DNA from: Actinomycetota bacterium
Lineage (GTDB): Bacteria > Actinomycetota > Actinomycetes > Streptosporangiales > Streptosporangiaceae
Reading direction: 5' to 3'
DNA: 64,000 nt
Assembly (NCBI GenBank): GCA_003168215.1
Contig: PMSW01000095.1
Location: 7,025 to 71,024, forward strand
In this document: one piece after another, positions 35,531 through 44,949 of the stretch
Layout of the letters: every line of letters begins with the position of its first letter
Numbering within the stretch: the stretch's first letter is position 1
Position numbers and translations under genes: made by a program
Notes under the pieces: model-generated
Databases searched by the model: none
Seen by the model: only the letters and a program-made list of their open reading frames with translations
Told to the model about the DNA's origin: nothing

Positions 35531-35953
35531 TCAGGGAGACTGCCAGTCCTGCTGGTCACGAGCGTCGCGCCGGGCGTGACGACGGCCTGGCTGTACGGCA
35601 TGCGAGGGACCTGCACGGCCGTTGTGCCGGATCTCCGGCTGATACGGCTGGTCCAGATAGGCCGGGACGTCATGGCCTGACCCCAGGTCGTCGTATCCGG
35701 GAGCGGGGTACTGAGTCATCTCGCTGAGAGCCTTCTTGACGGGAAGCTTGGCGAAGTATCCGGCGCCGAAGGCGATGCACTGCAGCACATACCAGAACTG
35801 CTCGGCGCTGGTCATCTCGGCAAGCCCGGCCTCGGAGAGGGCCTTCTTCGCTGGGACCTTGGCGAAGTACGCTCCCCCGAACGCGATGCAGCCGAGCACG
35901 TACCAGAACGACTCAGCTGCCGTGAGCCTGACATTGCCCCAAGTGGAATTCAT
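35531..35953 (-). CDS. Hypothetical protein with internal tandem duplication of a hydrophobic 37-aa unit
   Basis: AESFWYVLGCIAFGGAYFAKVPAKKALSE is followed by AEQFWYVLQCIAFGAGYFAKLPVKKALSE. The Arg-rich C-terminal third may not be genuine. Confidence 0.5.
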   Translation of the reverse strand: MNSTWGNVRLTAAESFWYVLGCIAFGGAYFAKVPAKKALSEAGLAEMTSAEQFWYVLQCIAFGAGYFAKLPVKKALSEMTQYPAPGYDDLGSGHDVPAYLDQPYQPEIRHNGRAGPSHAVQPGRRHARRDARDQQDWQSP

Positions 35954-36244
35954 TTGTTTCCCCTCCCGCGCCAGGGATGGAATATCCCGGTGCCGCTGGT
36001 GGGTAGGACGCGCAACTCACATGCCGAGTTGTCAGGATTCCCGCCGCAAGGCGCAGAGCTGACAGCATTCGTGACGGGCAGGGGAAGGCTCTGTGAGGGG
36101 GCCGTGGGGAAGGCACCGCAGCCCAGGCACGGACGGATCCGCTGCTCTCTTCCCGGACCTGCGCCGCTTCGAAGGGCACAGTAACATGAGTTACACTTCT
36201 TGTACGAGTAGTATAAGTGTGGCGAGCAACTCGTGGAGGATGAC

Positions 36245-36805
36245 ATGGGCAAAGCCGCGACTGACCGCATCGAGGAGCAGGTGAGGGCGTTCTTCCCCGC
36301 GAACGCGATCGCGCGGGTTCAGGTGCTGGAGTACGGCGACGATCCGGAGGTCGAGCCAGGAGAGACCGCGATCCGGGTCTTCATCAGCCGAGCAGGGCGA
36401 CCGGAAGGCAAAAAGGCCGACGAGGAGATCGTAGAGGCGTTCAAGGAGGCCAACCACGCGGTGATCAAGAAGGCGCGTGACGGGCTGCCCCGCTTCATCG
36501 GGTGGGTCGAGTTCCGCGCTGACGGGCCGAGCGGGGCGGCTGGGCCTCGGGGCCCCGTCCTCAGGATCGGCGGCCGCGGGGGGCGGGCTAGGGCACTCGA
36601 TGAAGTATCCGAGGAACTGACCCCCGTGATGACCCGGCTTGGGGCCGCCGATCTGGCCACCGTGGACACCCTGATCACCGCGGGCATCGCGAACAGCCGC
36701 GCGGAGGTTCTGCGCTGGGCCGTGGGCCGCATCCGTGAGCGCCCGGCATACGCCCAGCTCCAGGAGCGAGTGCACGAGATCGGCGAACTCAAGGCTCAGT
36801 TCTAA
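36245..36805 (+). CDS. Hypothetical protein with C-terminal ribbon-helix-helix domain
   Basis: ORF from GTG 36233; ATG 36245 follows GGAGGA. C-terminus TPVMTRLGAADLATVDTLITAGIANSRAEVLRWAV is RHH-like. The N-terminal 100 aa are unrecognised. Confidence 0.6.
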   Translation: MGKAATDRIEEQVRAFFPANAIARVQVLEYGDDPEVEPGETAIRVFISRAGRPEGKKADEEIVEAFKEANHAVIKKARDGLPRFIGWVEFRADGPSGAAGPRGPVLRIGGRGGRARALDEVSEELTPVMTRLGAADLATVDTLITAGIANSRAEVLRWAVGRIRERPAYAQLQERVHEIGELKAQF

Positions 36806-36916
36806 AAGGCCTTGCCGCAAGCTGCTACGTCCGGTGCTCCTTGCGGGAGCTGGCGCGATGGACCGCATTCTCCCAGCGGGAAGGCCGCCTGCGATTCTCG
36901 CAAGTGGCCTCTGACC

Positions 36917-36993
36917 TGGTCGGGGTGGCGGGATTTGAACCCGCGGCCTCTTCGTCCCGAACGAAGCGCGCTGCCAAGCTGCGCCACACCCCG
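36917..36993 (-). tRNA. tRNA-Pro (anticodon CGG), CCA encoded
   Basis: Sense strand CGGGGTG...CTTCG-TTCGGGA-CGAAG...GCGGG-TTCAAAT-CCCGC-CACCCCG-A-CCA. Confidence 0.9.
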
Positions 36994-37010
36994 TCAACCG
37001 CCCGAGCAGT

Positions 37011-37934
37011 CTAGCTGATCCGCGGAACCAGCGTCAGCAGCGTAGCTTCCGGCCGGCAGCTGAACCTGACCGGCGCCCACGGCGAGGTGCCGAGGCCGGC
37101 GGAGACGTGCAGCCACGGACGCTCCGCGACGGCGCCGCCGTCCGCAGCGGCCGGATGCCGGTGCAGTCCGCGCGCCCGGGACCGGTCGATTCCGCAGTTC
37201 GTCACCAGGGTCCCGAACCCGGGCAGGCAGACTTGCCCGCCATGCGTGTGCCCGGCCAGCAGCAGGTCGAAGCCGTCGGCGGCGAACCGGTCAAGCACCG
37301 CGGGCTCGGGTGAGTGCAGGATCCCGATGTGCACATCTGCCGACGGATCGGCGGGACCGGCGATGGTGTCATAGCGGTCGCGGTCGATGTGCGAGTCATG
37401 CACGCCGGCCACCTCGATGTCGGTGTCCGCGGCCTTGATCCGGGCGCGCCGGTTGTTCGCGTCCAGCCAGCCGCCCGCGGCCATTCCCCCGCCGAGCTCG
37501 GCCCACGGCAGGTCGGTGATATGACGGCGGTGATCGAGCGCGCTGGTCCGCCATATGTATCGAGCCGGATTCCTCGGCACGGGCGAGTAGAGGTCATTCG
37601 AGCCGAAGACGAAGGCGCCAGGACGATCGAGCAGCGGCCCCAGTGCCTCAAGAAACGGCTGAACGGATTCAGGGTGGGCAATCGAATCGCCCGTGTTCAC
37701 CACAAAGTCCGGCTCAAGAGCGTCGAGCGACCTGATCCAGGACATCAGCCGGTGCCGGCCGGGAGTCAGGTGCGCATCGGAGATGTGCAGGAGCCGGAGC
37801 GGCTTGGCGCCTTGCGGGAGCACCGGGACGTCGTAGCGGCGCAGCGCAAACCAGTTGCGCTCGACGATGGCCGCGTAGGCGAGGGCCGTGGCGCCTGCCG
37901 CCGCCGCGATCCCGATCATGCCTTGTGGTCGCAT
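37011..37934 (-). CDS. Membrane-anchored metallophosphoesterase
   Basis: [13 protein letters not shown] and GHTHGG motifs. ATG 37934 ([14 protein letters not shown]) preferred over the longer track ORF. Confidence 0.85.
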   Translation of the reverse strand: MRPQGMIGIAAAAGATALAYAAIVERNWFALRRYDVPVLPQGAKPLRLLHISDAHLTPGRHRLMSWIRSLDALEPDFVVNTGDSIAHPESVQPFLEALGPLLDRPGAFVFGSNDLYSPVPRNPARYIWRTSALDHRRHITDLPWAELGGGMAAGGWLDANNRRARIKAADTDIEVAGVHDSHIDRDRYDTIAGPADPSADVHIGILHSPEPAVLDRFAADGFDLLLAGHTHGGQVCLPGFGTLVTNCGIDRSRARGLHRHPAAADGGAVAERPWLHVSAGLGTSPWAPVRFSCRPEATLLTLVPRIS

Positions 37935-37991
37935 CCAGTAATGGTGCCACGCAGTAGGGACTGGCCTGGCCGCGCGCGGCAGTATGGACTC

Positions 37992-38444
37992 ATGACCGGA
38001 CTGAAGGAACGGCTCCGCAGCGATCTCACGGCGGCGATGAAGTCCCGCGACGAAGTGCGCACCCGGACCCTGCGCATGGCCCTCACCTCGGTGACCCACG
38101 AGGAGGTGGCGGGCAAGGCCGCCCGCGATCTCACCGACGCCGACGTGCTCCGGTTGCTCACCAGGGAGGCCAAGCGGCGCCGCGAGGCCGCCGAGGCGTT
38201 CGAGGCAGCGGGGCGGCCCGGCCAGGCCGCCGCTGAGCGGGCCGAGGGCGAGATTCTCAGCGCCTACCTGCCTGCCCAGCTGCCGGATGAGGAACTCACG
38301 GCGCTGGTCGCCCGGGCCATAGCCGAGACCGGAGCGGCCGGGCCGGCCTCGATGGGCCAGGTGATGAAGGCGGTCACCCCGCTGGTAGCGGGCCGCGCCG
38401 AGGGCGGCCGGGTCGCGGCCGAGGTCCGCCGCGCGCTGGCCTAG
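37992..38444 (+). CDS. GatB/YqeY domain protein
   Basis: LKERLRSDLTAAMKSRDEVRTRTLRMAL...MGQVMKAV is typical. The track ORF 37314-38444 is over-extended. Confidence 0.85.
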   Translation: MTGLKERLRSDLTAAMKSRDEVRTRTLRMALTSVTHEEVAGKAARDLTDADVLRLLTREAKRRREAAEAFEAAGRPGQAAAERAEGEILSAYLPAQLPDEELTALVARAIAETGAAGPASMGQVMKAVTPLVAGRAEGGRVAAEVRRALA

Positions 38445-38456
38445 CCGCGCGCTGGC

Positions 38457-40754
38457 CTAATGGTGGCCGCCGCCATGGCCGCCGCCGCCAGGACCGGGCG
38501 GGCCGCCGCCGCCGGGCTTAGTGGGCTTAGTGGGCTTCGGCGGTTTCGGCGGCTTGGGTGACGCGACTCCGGTGCCCTTGGAGTAGTAAATGCTGTCGGC
38601 CGGCACGGCAACGAAGTTGGCGATGGACCTGCCCAGGTCGGCGTGGTCAAAGGTCAATTGCCAGATCTGGCCGGCGTCAGTGCCGAAGATCTGGCCAACG
38701 CACTCAATCGGTCCGGCCGCCGACCGGAAGCAGGCACCGTCGCCCTGCATCGACCTAGTTTCTGCCGGGTAGAACATCGACACGTACCCGGCCAGGCGCG
38801 GCGTGTAGCCGCCGAATGCGGCGAACTCGAAGTTGTTCGCGGTCCCGGTCTTGCCTGCCTGCGGGATGACGACGCCGTGCTGGGTGAATTCGTCGCCGGC
38901 CGCGGTGCCGGGCGAGACCATCACGCCCTGCAGAATGTGGGTCGCCGCGTCAGCGACGGCGGCAGGGATCACCTGGTGGCAGTCGGCGGACTTTACCGGG
39001 AGATGCCGGCCGGCCATGGTCACGATCTTGTCGATGGCGATGGGACTGCAGTACCTGCCGCGCGCTGCCACGGTGGCGTACGCGGCTGCCATCGTCATCG
39101 GCGACACGCTGACCGAGCCCAGGGTGAACGAGGGGACGTCGTCAGCCGGATACTGATAGGCGGCCGTGCCGCGCTTGCCCGCGCCCTGGAAGAGCGACCT
39201 GCCGTCGGCCCGGTGGACGCCGAGTTTCACCGCGGTCTTGACCACGTTGCACAAGCCGACCTTCTGCTCCAGGTGCGCGTAGAACACGTTGATCGACTGC
39301 GTGGTCCCGTTGTACAGGGTGTAAGTACCCTTGCCAGGCCCCTCGGCGTTCGTGACCGGGAAGTCGCCGGGCGGGTTGCCCGCAAGGACGCCGTGGCAGT
39401 TCGTGAATCCGCCGACAACGGTCGGGGACACGACTTTCTCGCTGAATCCGAACGGAATCTGCTGCTCGAGGGCGGTGATCAGGGTAAACAACTTGGACGA
39501 GGAACCGGTCTGCACGCCCTCGCCGCCGTCGTACCTGGTGTCCACCGCGTAGTCGATGTTGTCCTGCCCCTTGCCGATGCCGTACGGGCGGTCGACGGCG
39601 ATCGCGCGGACCTTGCCGGTCCCTGGCTGGATCAGTACCTCCGCGGCGGCGTTGCCGCCCGGGTTGTACTGGGACGGCGGGGCCGGGACCATGTAACTGA
39701 CCGCGTGCTCCGCAGCGCGCTGGTCTTGCCGGTTCAGCGTGGTGTAGATCTTCAGGCCGCCGGTCTTCTTCAGCTGGGCTTCTGCCTGCGCGTAAGCCGG
39801 GTCGCTCCGCAGGACCGCCAGCACGTAGTCGCAGAAGAACGCCGCGTCCCGGACGGACCGGCTGGTGCAGCCACTCTGCAGTGCGCGGGTGGACGGGTGC
39901 AGGCCGAGCGGGGCGCGTCCTGCGGCCTGGGCCTCGGCGGACGTGAGGTAATGCAGCTGGGCCATCCGCGCCAGCACCGTGTTGCGCCGGTTCAGTGCAT
40001 TCACCGGGTGCACGAACGGGTTGTACTTGGTGGGATCTTCCACCATCCCGGCCAGCATCGCCGCCTCCGTCAGCGTCAGGCGCTTTGCTGTGGTGCGGAA
40101 GTAGCGCTCAGCGGCCACCTGGATGCCGACGGCATTGTTGTTGAAGGAGATGGCGTTGAGATACGCGGCGAGCAGCTGGTTCTTGGTCATCTCGTGCTCG
40201 ACGTTGATGGCTATCCGCAGCTCGCGGATCTTCCTCAACCCTGAATCCTGAGTGGCGTCCGCCTTCTCTGTCTCATTGGTCGCCGTCAGGATCAGGGCAT
40301 TCTTCACGTACTGCTGCGCGATCGACGAGCCGCCCTGGGTGGGACGGTGCTCGGCGTCGTTGACTATCGCGCGGAGGGTGCCCCTGAAATCCAGCGCACC
40401 GTGCTGGTAGAACCTCGAGTCCTCGATCGCGACGATCGCATCCCGCATGACCGGCGCGATCCGCCGGTAGCTGACCGGGATGCGGTCGATCGGGCGGTTT
40501 TTGCTGCCGAAACCGCTCGGGTAAAAGTAGGCGAGCGGGTGGCCGTTGCGGTCCAGGATCTCCGAGCGGACCGGCAACTGCCCGAGGGTCGGCACGGAGA
40601 GATTGTTGAACTTGTTGGCAGCGTCACGGGTGACGATCGCGACCCCGCCCACGGCAGGCAGCGCGAGCGCGGCGATGAGCAGGCCCGCGATCGCGGCGAC
40701 GACGAGGAGCAGGCCCGCCGCGCCGGCTTTGGCGCGGCGATCTGAGGTCAGCAC
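38457..40754 (-). CDS. Class A penicillin-binding protein (transglycosylase plus transpeptidase)
   Basis: GT51 motifs (AIEDSRFYQHGALD, GGSSIAQQYVKN), transpeptidase SSSK and KTGT, Pro/Lys/Gly/His-rich C-terminal tail. Confidence 0.9.
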   Translation of the reverse strand: MLTSDRRAKAGAAGLLLVVAAIAGLLIAALALPAVGGVAIVTRDAANKFNNLSVPTLGQLPVRSEILDRNGHPLAYFYPSGFGSKNRPIDRIPVSYRRIAPVMRDAIVAIEDSRFYQHGALDFRGTLRAIVNDAEHRPTQGGSSIAQQYVKNALILTATNETEKADATQDSGLRKIRELRIAINVEHEMTKNQLLAAYLNAISFNNNAVGIQVAAERYFRTTAKRLTLTEAAMLAGMVEDPTKYNPFVHPVNALNRRNTVLARMAQLHYLTSAEAQAAGRAPLGLHPSTRALQSGCTSRSVRDAAFFCDYVLAVLRSDPAYAQAEAQLKKTGGLKIYTTLNRQDQRAAEHAVSYMVPAPPSQYNPGGNAAAEVLIQPGTGKVRAIAVDRPYGIGKGQDNIDYAVDTRYDGGEGVQTGSSSKLFTLITALEQQIPFGFSEKVVSPTVVGGFTNCHGVLAGNPPGDFPVTNAEGPGKGTYTLYNGTTQSINVFYAHLEQKVGLCNVVKTAVKLGVHRADGRSLFQGAGKRGTAAYQYPADDVPSFTLGSVSVSPMTMAAAYATVAARGRYCSPIAIDKIVTMAGRHLPVKSADCHQVIPAAVADAATHILQGVMVSPGTAAGDEFTQHGVVIPQAGKTGTANNFEFAAFGGYTPRLAGYVSMFYPAETRSMQGDGACFRSAAGPIECVGQIFGTDAGQIWQLTFDHADLGRSIANFVAVPADSIYYSKGTGVASPKPPKPPKPTKPTKPGGGGPPGPGGGGHGGGHH

Positions 40755-41067
40755 GGAATCCAGGGTACGCTGGCCGCCGCTGCGGCCCGGTCACGACGGT
40801 GAATCCGCAGCTGGGAAGTACCAGGAACCCCTGAACCAGGCGGCATGTAGCCTGGGTGACTAGTCACGGCTGTCCGTATGGCCCATGAGGGCTATCCGGG
40901 AAATGGGCACGGCAGGGTCTAGCGCTCCGGCCCGGATTTCCGTAAGTTACATTTCCGCAACCATGACACCGGAGCCAGGCAGCGTCGCCGTCGGCTCATA
41001 CCTGCCAGTGAACGCCATCCGGCGTGACGACCCCTTGCGGGCGTGACGACAGGAGGAGTTGGGCTAA

Positions 41068-41367
41068 ATGTGGATCACGGACTGGACCGCCCGCGCCGCG
41101 TGCAAGGGCACGGACCCTGACGAGCTCTTCGTTCAGGGGGCGGCGCAGAACCGGGCCAAGCTGATCTGCCGCGGCTGCCCCGTCCGGACCGAGTGCCTCG
41201 CGGACGCGCTCGACAACCGGATCGAGTTCGGCGTGTGGGGCGGCATGACCGAGCGTGAGCGGCGCGCCCTGCTGCGCCGCCGTCCGGATGTAGTCTCCTG
41301 GCGCGACTTGCTTGAGGACGCGCGCAACCAGTACGAGCGCACTGGCGACGAGCTCGTCGCCAGCTGA
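41068..41367 (+). CDS. wblA: WhiB-family Fe-S transcription factor (WblA/WhiB4-like by sequence and synteny)
   Basis: C-x-CxxC Fe-S cluster motifs and GVWGGMTERERRAL. Lies between the PBP and the ArsA-like pair, as in Streptomyces wblA and Mtb whiB4 (from memory). Confidence 0.8.
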   Translation: MWITDWTARAACKGTDPDELFVQGAAQNRAKLICRGCPVRTECLADALDNRIEFGVWGGMTERERRALLRRRPDVVSWRDLLEDARNQYERTGDELVAS

Positions 41368-41456
41368 GCAGGCGGGCTGACCGGTGCCTCCGGGCTGACC
41401 GGGCCGCCGGGCGCTGCGGCACCCGCGCAAGCTGCCCGGGGAAAGCTACCCGATCG

Positions 41457-42701
41457 CTACCCGGGGGGAAAGCTCTCCCCGATAGCCCTCAGCCCGGCCA
41501 GGTCATGCACGTCCTCGGCCTGGGCCGGCACTTCGGCGACCGGAATCAGCGGGTGCGCTGCGGTGAAGCCGTCCGCTAGCCGCCGCTGCGCGGCGGCTAG
41601 CTGCATCCGCTCAGCGTGCAGGCGCAGCGCCGCGATGGCTAGCGAGTGCGGCGCCTCTGCCCGCGGTGACCTGGCCGGCGGCTCGTCACCGCGCTGGTCC
41701 CGGTTCGGGACGCCGGCGGCCTGCAGGCTCTCTGCGGCGGCCAGGCTGCGGGCAGCCGATAGCCGCGCCGCTGGCGAACGGTGCACGCGGTTAAGGATGA
41801 GCCCCGCGAGCGGCATCCCCTCCACCGCGAGCCGCTCCACGAAGTACGACGCCTCCCTGAGCGCATCGGGCTCGGGCGCGGCTATCACCAGGAACGCGGT
41901 GCCCGGCGTCCGCAGTAGCTGGTAGGTGTAATCGGCGCGCTCCCTGAAGCCGCCGAACATCGTGTCGAGCGCGGTCACGAACGTCTGGGCGTCCTTGAGC
42001 ACCTGGGCGCCGAGAATCTTCGTCAGGACACTGGTCACCATGCCGAACCCGACATTCAGCACCCGGAGGTAGGCCCGGCCGCCCAGCTTCGCCGGCGCGG
42101 TGAGCAGCCGGAGAAGCCGGCCGTCGAGAAACCGCCCCAGCCGCTGCGGTGCGTCGAGGAAGTCGAGCGCGGACCGGCTCGGCGGGGTGTCGACGACGAT
42201 CAGGTCCCATTCGTCGGCCCTGCGTAGCTGGCCGAGCTTCTCCATGGCCATGTACTCCTGGGTACCGGAGAAGCCGGACGACAGCGACTGGTAGAAGGGG
42301 TTCGCCAGGATCTGCGCGGCCCGGTCCGGATCGGCATGCGCCTCCACGATCTCGTCGAAGGTCCGCTTCATGTCGAGCATCATCGCGTGCAAGCTGCCGC
42401 CGGACTGTGCTGCGTTCTGCTGTGATCCTTCCGTCCCGTGCGGCGGACCGGCTGTCCCTGCGGTGGGGACAAGCCGCGGCGTGTTATCCAGGGAGGACAG
42501 CCCCATCGACTGCGCGAGCCTGCGGGCCGGGTCAACGGTGAGCACCACCACGCGGCGGCCACGTTCCGCCGCCCGCAGCCCGAGCGCCGCCGCCGCCGTG
42601 GTCTTTCCGACGCCGCCGGACCCGCAGCACACGATGATCCGGGTGCGCCGGTCGTCGATCAGGCGGTCGAGGTCGAGCGGCGGCGGCATGGTCCGTGGCA
42701 T
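41457..42701 (-). CDS. ArsA/Get3-like ATPase
   Basis: P-loop CCGSGGVGKTT. 414 aa. Confidence 0.85.
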   Translation of the reverse strand: MPRTMPPPLDLDRLIDDRRTRIIVCCGSGGVGKTTAAAALGLRAAERGRRVVVLTVDPARRLAQSMGLSSLDNTPRLVPTAGTAGPPHGTEGSQQNAAQSGGSLHAMMLDMKRTFDEIVEAHADPDRAAQILANPFYQSLSSGFSGTQEYMAMEKLGQLRRADEWDLIVVDTPPSRSALDFLDAPQRLGRFLDGRLLRLLTAPAKLGGRAYLRVLNVGFGMVTSVLTKILGAQVLKDAQTFVTALDTMFGGFRERADYTYQLLRTPGTAFLVIAAPEPDALREASYFVERLAVEGMPLAGLILNRVHRSPAARLSAARSLAAAESLQAAGVPNRDQRGDEPPARSPRAEAPHSLAIAALRLHAERMQLAAAQRRLADGFTAAHPLIPVAEVPAQAEDVHDLAGLRAIGESFPPG

Positions 42702-43714
42702 CAGGCAGCGCCCTGATCCCGCAGCGCGGCCGCGAGCCGGTAGAGCCCGGCCAGGTCGATGCCGTCAGCGATCATCGGCAGGTCGTAACGTGGCTGGCCC
42801 GCGCCCGCCAGCCTGCGCCGCTGCGCCCGCTGGCCGGTAACGGTCCTGGCATGATCCGTGAGTTCGGCGGCCAGGTCAGCAGCGAGTCGGCGGCTGTCCT
42901 CGAGCCCGGCGGCCTTCAGCTCCATGGCAAGTTCGTCCTCGTCGACCGATCCGCTCGCTGCCGTCCGCAGCTGATCCGGCGACAGCACGAGCGGATGAAC
43001 CATGTTGATCATGATGCCGCCGGCCTGCAGCCCGCCATCACCGAGCCCCGCGAGCTCGGCGATGCCGTCCAGGGTTTCCTGAACCGGCATCTCCTCGAGC
43101 ACCGTGACGAAGTGCACGGCCGTTTCCGGCGAGCTGATCACCTTCTGCACCGTGTCCGCATGGCCGCGGGTGGGCCCGACCCTGGCCAGTCCTGACACCT
43201 CGGCGGTCACGTTGAGGAACCTGCCGATCCGCCCGGTCGGCGGCGCGTCCATGACGACCGCGTCGTACACGTGCCTGGTCCCCTCCCGCCGCCGGGTCGC
43301 CTCGGCCGCCTTGCCGGTGAGCAGCACGTCCCGCAGGCCGGGTGCGATCGTGGTGGCGAAGTCGACGACGCCGAGCTTGGTCAGCGCCGTGCCGGCGTGC
43401 CGGAGGTTGTAGAACATCTCGAGATACTCAAGCAGCGCCTGCTCCGGGTCGGCGGCCAGCGCGAACACCTCGCCGCCCGGCTGGGTGGCGGTAGACGGCG
43501 CGACCGCGACCTTGCGCTCGGCGTAGGGGAGCGGCGGGCAGTCGAAGACCTGGGCGATCCCCTGCCGTCCCTCAACCTCCATGAGCAGTACCCGCTTACC
43601 GCCGGAGGCGAGTGCCAGGGCCAGCGCGGCGGCAACCGTCGTCTTGCCGGTGCCGCCCTTGCCGGTGACGACGTGCAGCCGCACGCCCTCCCAGTCCGTG
43701 TCCCGCGCGCTCAC
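42701..43714 (-). CDS. ArsA/Get3-like ATPase
   Basis: P-loop TGKGGTGKTT. Its stop overlaps the downstream paralogue's start by 1 nt. Confidence 0.85.
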   Translation of the reverse strand: MSARDTDWEGVRLHVVTGKGGTGKTTVAAALALALASGGKRVLLMEVEGRQGIAQVFDCPPLPYAERKVAVAPSTATQPGGEVFALAADPEQALLEYLEMFYNLRHAGTALTKLGVVDFATTIAPGLRDVLLTGKAAEATRRREGTRHVYDAVVMDAPPTGRIGRFLNVTAEVSGLARVGPTRGHADTVQKVISSPETAVHFVTVLEEMPVQETLDGIAELAGLGDGGLQAGGIMINMVHPLVLSPDQLRTAASGSVDEDELAMELKAAGLEDSRRLAADLAAELTDHARTVTGQRAQRRRLAGAGQPRYDLPMIADGIDLAGLYRLAAALRDQGAA

Positions 43715-43858
43715 TCCATGGAGGCTATCCGCGCCCGGGCACCAGGGTCTCCGCCGGCTGGCCGCCTGAACCGGAAAACTCCCTGGCCGGCAGCGCGCTC
43801 AAATGTCACTAGGCTGGTGCATGGAGATCGGCGTGCAGCCGGGGAAGAGGTGTTCGCG

Positions 43859-44896
43859 ATGGTCGTTGTTCTGATCATCTTGGTGATTCTTGTGGTGGCA
43901 GGCCTTGCCGCGACGGGCCGCGCGATGCGCGTGGTGCAGCAGTACGAGCAGGGCATCGTCTTCAGGTTCGGCAAGGTGCTGCCGGGAACGCGCGGTCCCG
44001 GGCTGCATGTGATCCGGCCGTTCGGTGACCGGATGCAGAAAGTCAACATGCAGATCATCGCCATGGCCATCCCGGCGCAGGAGGGCATCACCCGCGACAA
44101 TGTCAGCGTCCGGGTTGATGCGGTGGTCTATTTCCGCGTCATCGACCCGATCAAGGCAACCGTGAACGTACAGAACTACATGTTCGCCGTTTCGCAGCAG
44201 GCGCAGACATCGCTTCGCTCGATCATCGGCCAGTCCGAGATGGATCAGCTGCTGGCCGAGCGGGCAACCGTCAACAAGGAGCTTCGCCGGATCATCGACG
44301 AGCCGACCGAGGGCCCGTGGGGGGTCCGGGTCGAGCGGGTGGAGATCAAGGACGTGAGCCTGCCCGAGGGCATGAAGCGGTCCATGTCGAGGCAGGCGGA
44401 GGCCGAGCGAGAGCGCCGCGCTCGGATCATCACCGCCGACGGCGAGTACCAGGCGTCTAAGCGGCTCGCCGCCGCGGCCAACGTGATGGCCCGCGACCCG
44501 GCGGCGCTGCAGCTCCGGCTGCTGCAGACCGTCGTCGAGGTAGCCGCCGAGAAGAACAGCACGCTGGTCATGCCGGTGCCGGTCGAGCTGCTCAGGTTCT
44601 TCGACAAGTTCACCCCGCCGACACCTGCGGGCGAACGGAAGTCGGCAGCGGATTCGGCTTCGATGGCCGACTTCGGCGACGCTGCCGTGGCCGAGGCGGA
44701 GGCAGGGGCAGAGCTCGGCGGCGCGACCGCGCCGATCGAGATACCCGACCTCCCGCCGATCCCCGAGATAGCCGCGGACGTGGACGATGCGGCGCCCGCC
44801 GCCGGCAATGCCGCGGTGGCCGCCGGCGACGCGGTGGTGTCGCCGGCCGCTGCGGTGGTGTCGCCGGCCGCTGCGCAGCCGGATGCGGGCGCCTAG
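43859..44896 (+). CDS. SPFH/Band-7 (stomatin-like) membrane protein
   Basis: TM MVVVLIILVILVVAGL then VVQQYEQGIVFRFGK...RDNVSVRVDAVVYFRV. The track ORF from 43271 is over-extended. Confidence 0.85.
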   Translation: MVVVLIILVILVVAGLAATGRAMRVVQQYEQGIVFRFGKVLPGTRGPGLHVIRPFGDRMQKVNMQIIAMAIPAQEGITRDNVSVRVDAVVYFRVIDPIKATVNVQNYMFAVSQQAQTSLRSIIGQSEMDQLLAERATVNKELRRIIDEPTEGPWGVRVERVEIKDVSLPEGMKRSMSRQAEAERERRARIITADGEYQASKRLAAAANVMARDPAALQLRLLQTVVEVAAEKNSTLVMPVPVELLRFFDKFTPPTPAGERKSAADSASMADFGDAAVAEAEAGAELGGATAPIEIPDLPPIPEIAADVDDAAPAAGNAAVAAGDAVVSPAAAVVSPAAAQPDAGA

Positions 44897-44949
44897 CGGC
44901 GGCTGCCGGCCGGCCGAGCTTGCCCGGCGGGTCCCGCTAGAGTCTGGTC

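Noticed and set aside
38643-40244. 533-aa plus-strand ORF opposite the class A PBP gene
   Set aside because: It has no recognisable domain and biased composition. The PBP frame has the transglycosylase and SxxK/KTG motifs.
40856-40867. Crp/GlxR binding site near the WhiB-family gene
   Set aside because: The Crp consensus is TGTGA-N6-TCACA. Here the GTGA and TCAC halves are separated by only 4 nt. TGTGACCTGGGATCGA at about 48160 upstream of crp matches only one half-site.
43271-43858. Long N-terminal extension of the SPFH ORF, with similar over-extended ORFs at 37314, 46358, 48866, 59680 and 22204
   Set aside because: The extensions overlap neighbouring genes on the opposite strand and are Arg/Gly-rich. 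Conserved N-termini with TM or RBS signals begin further in.
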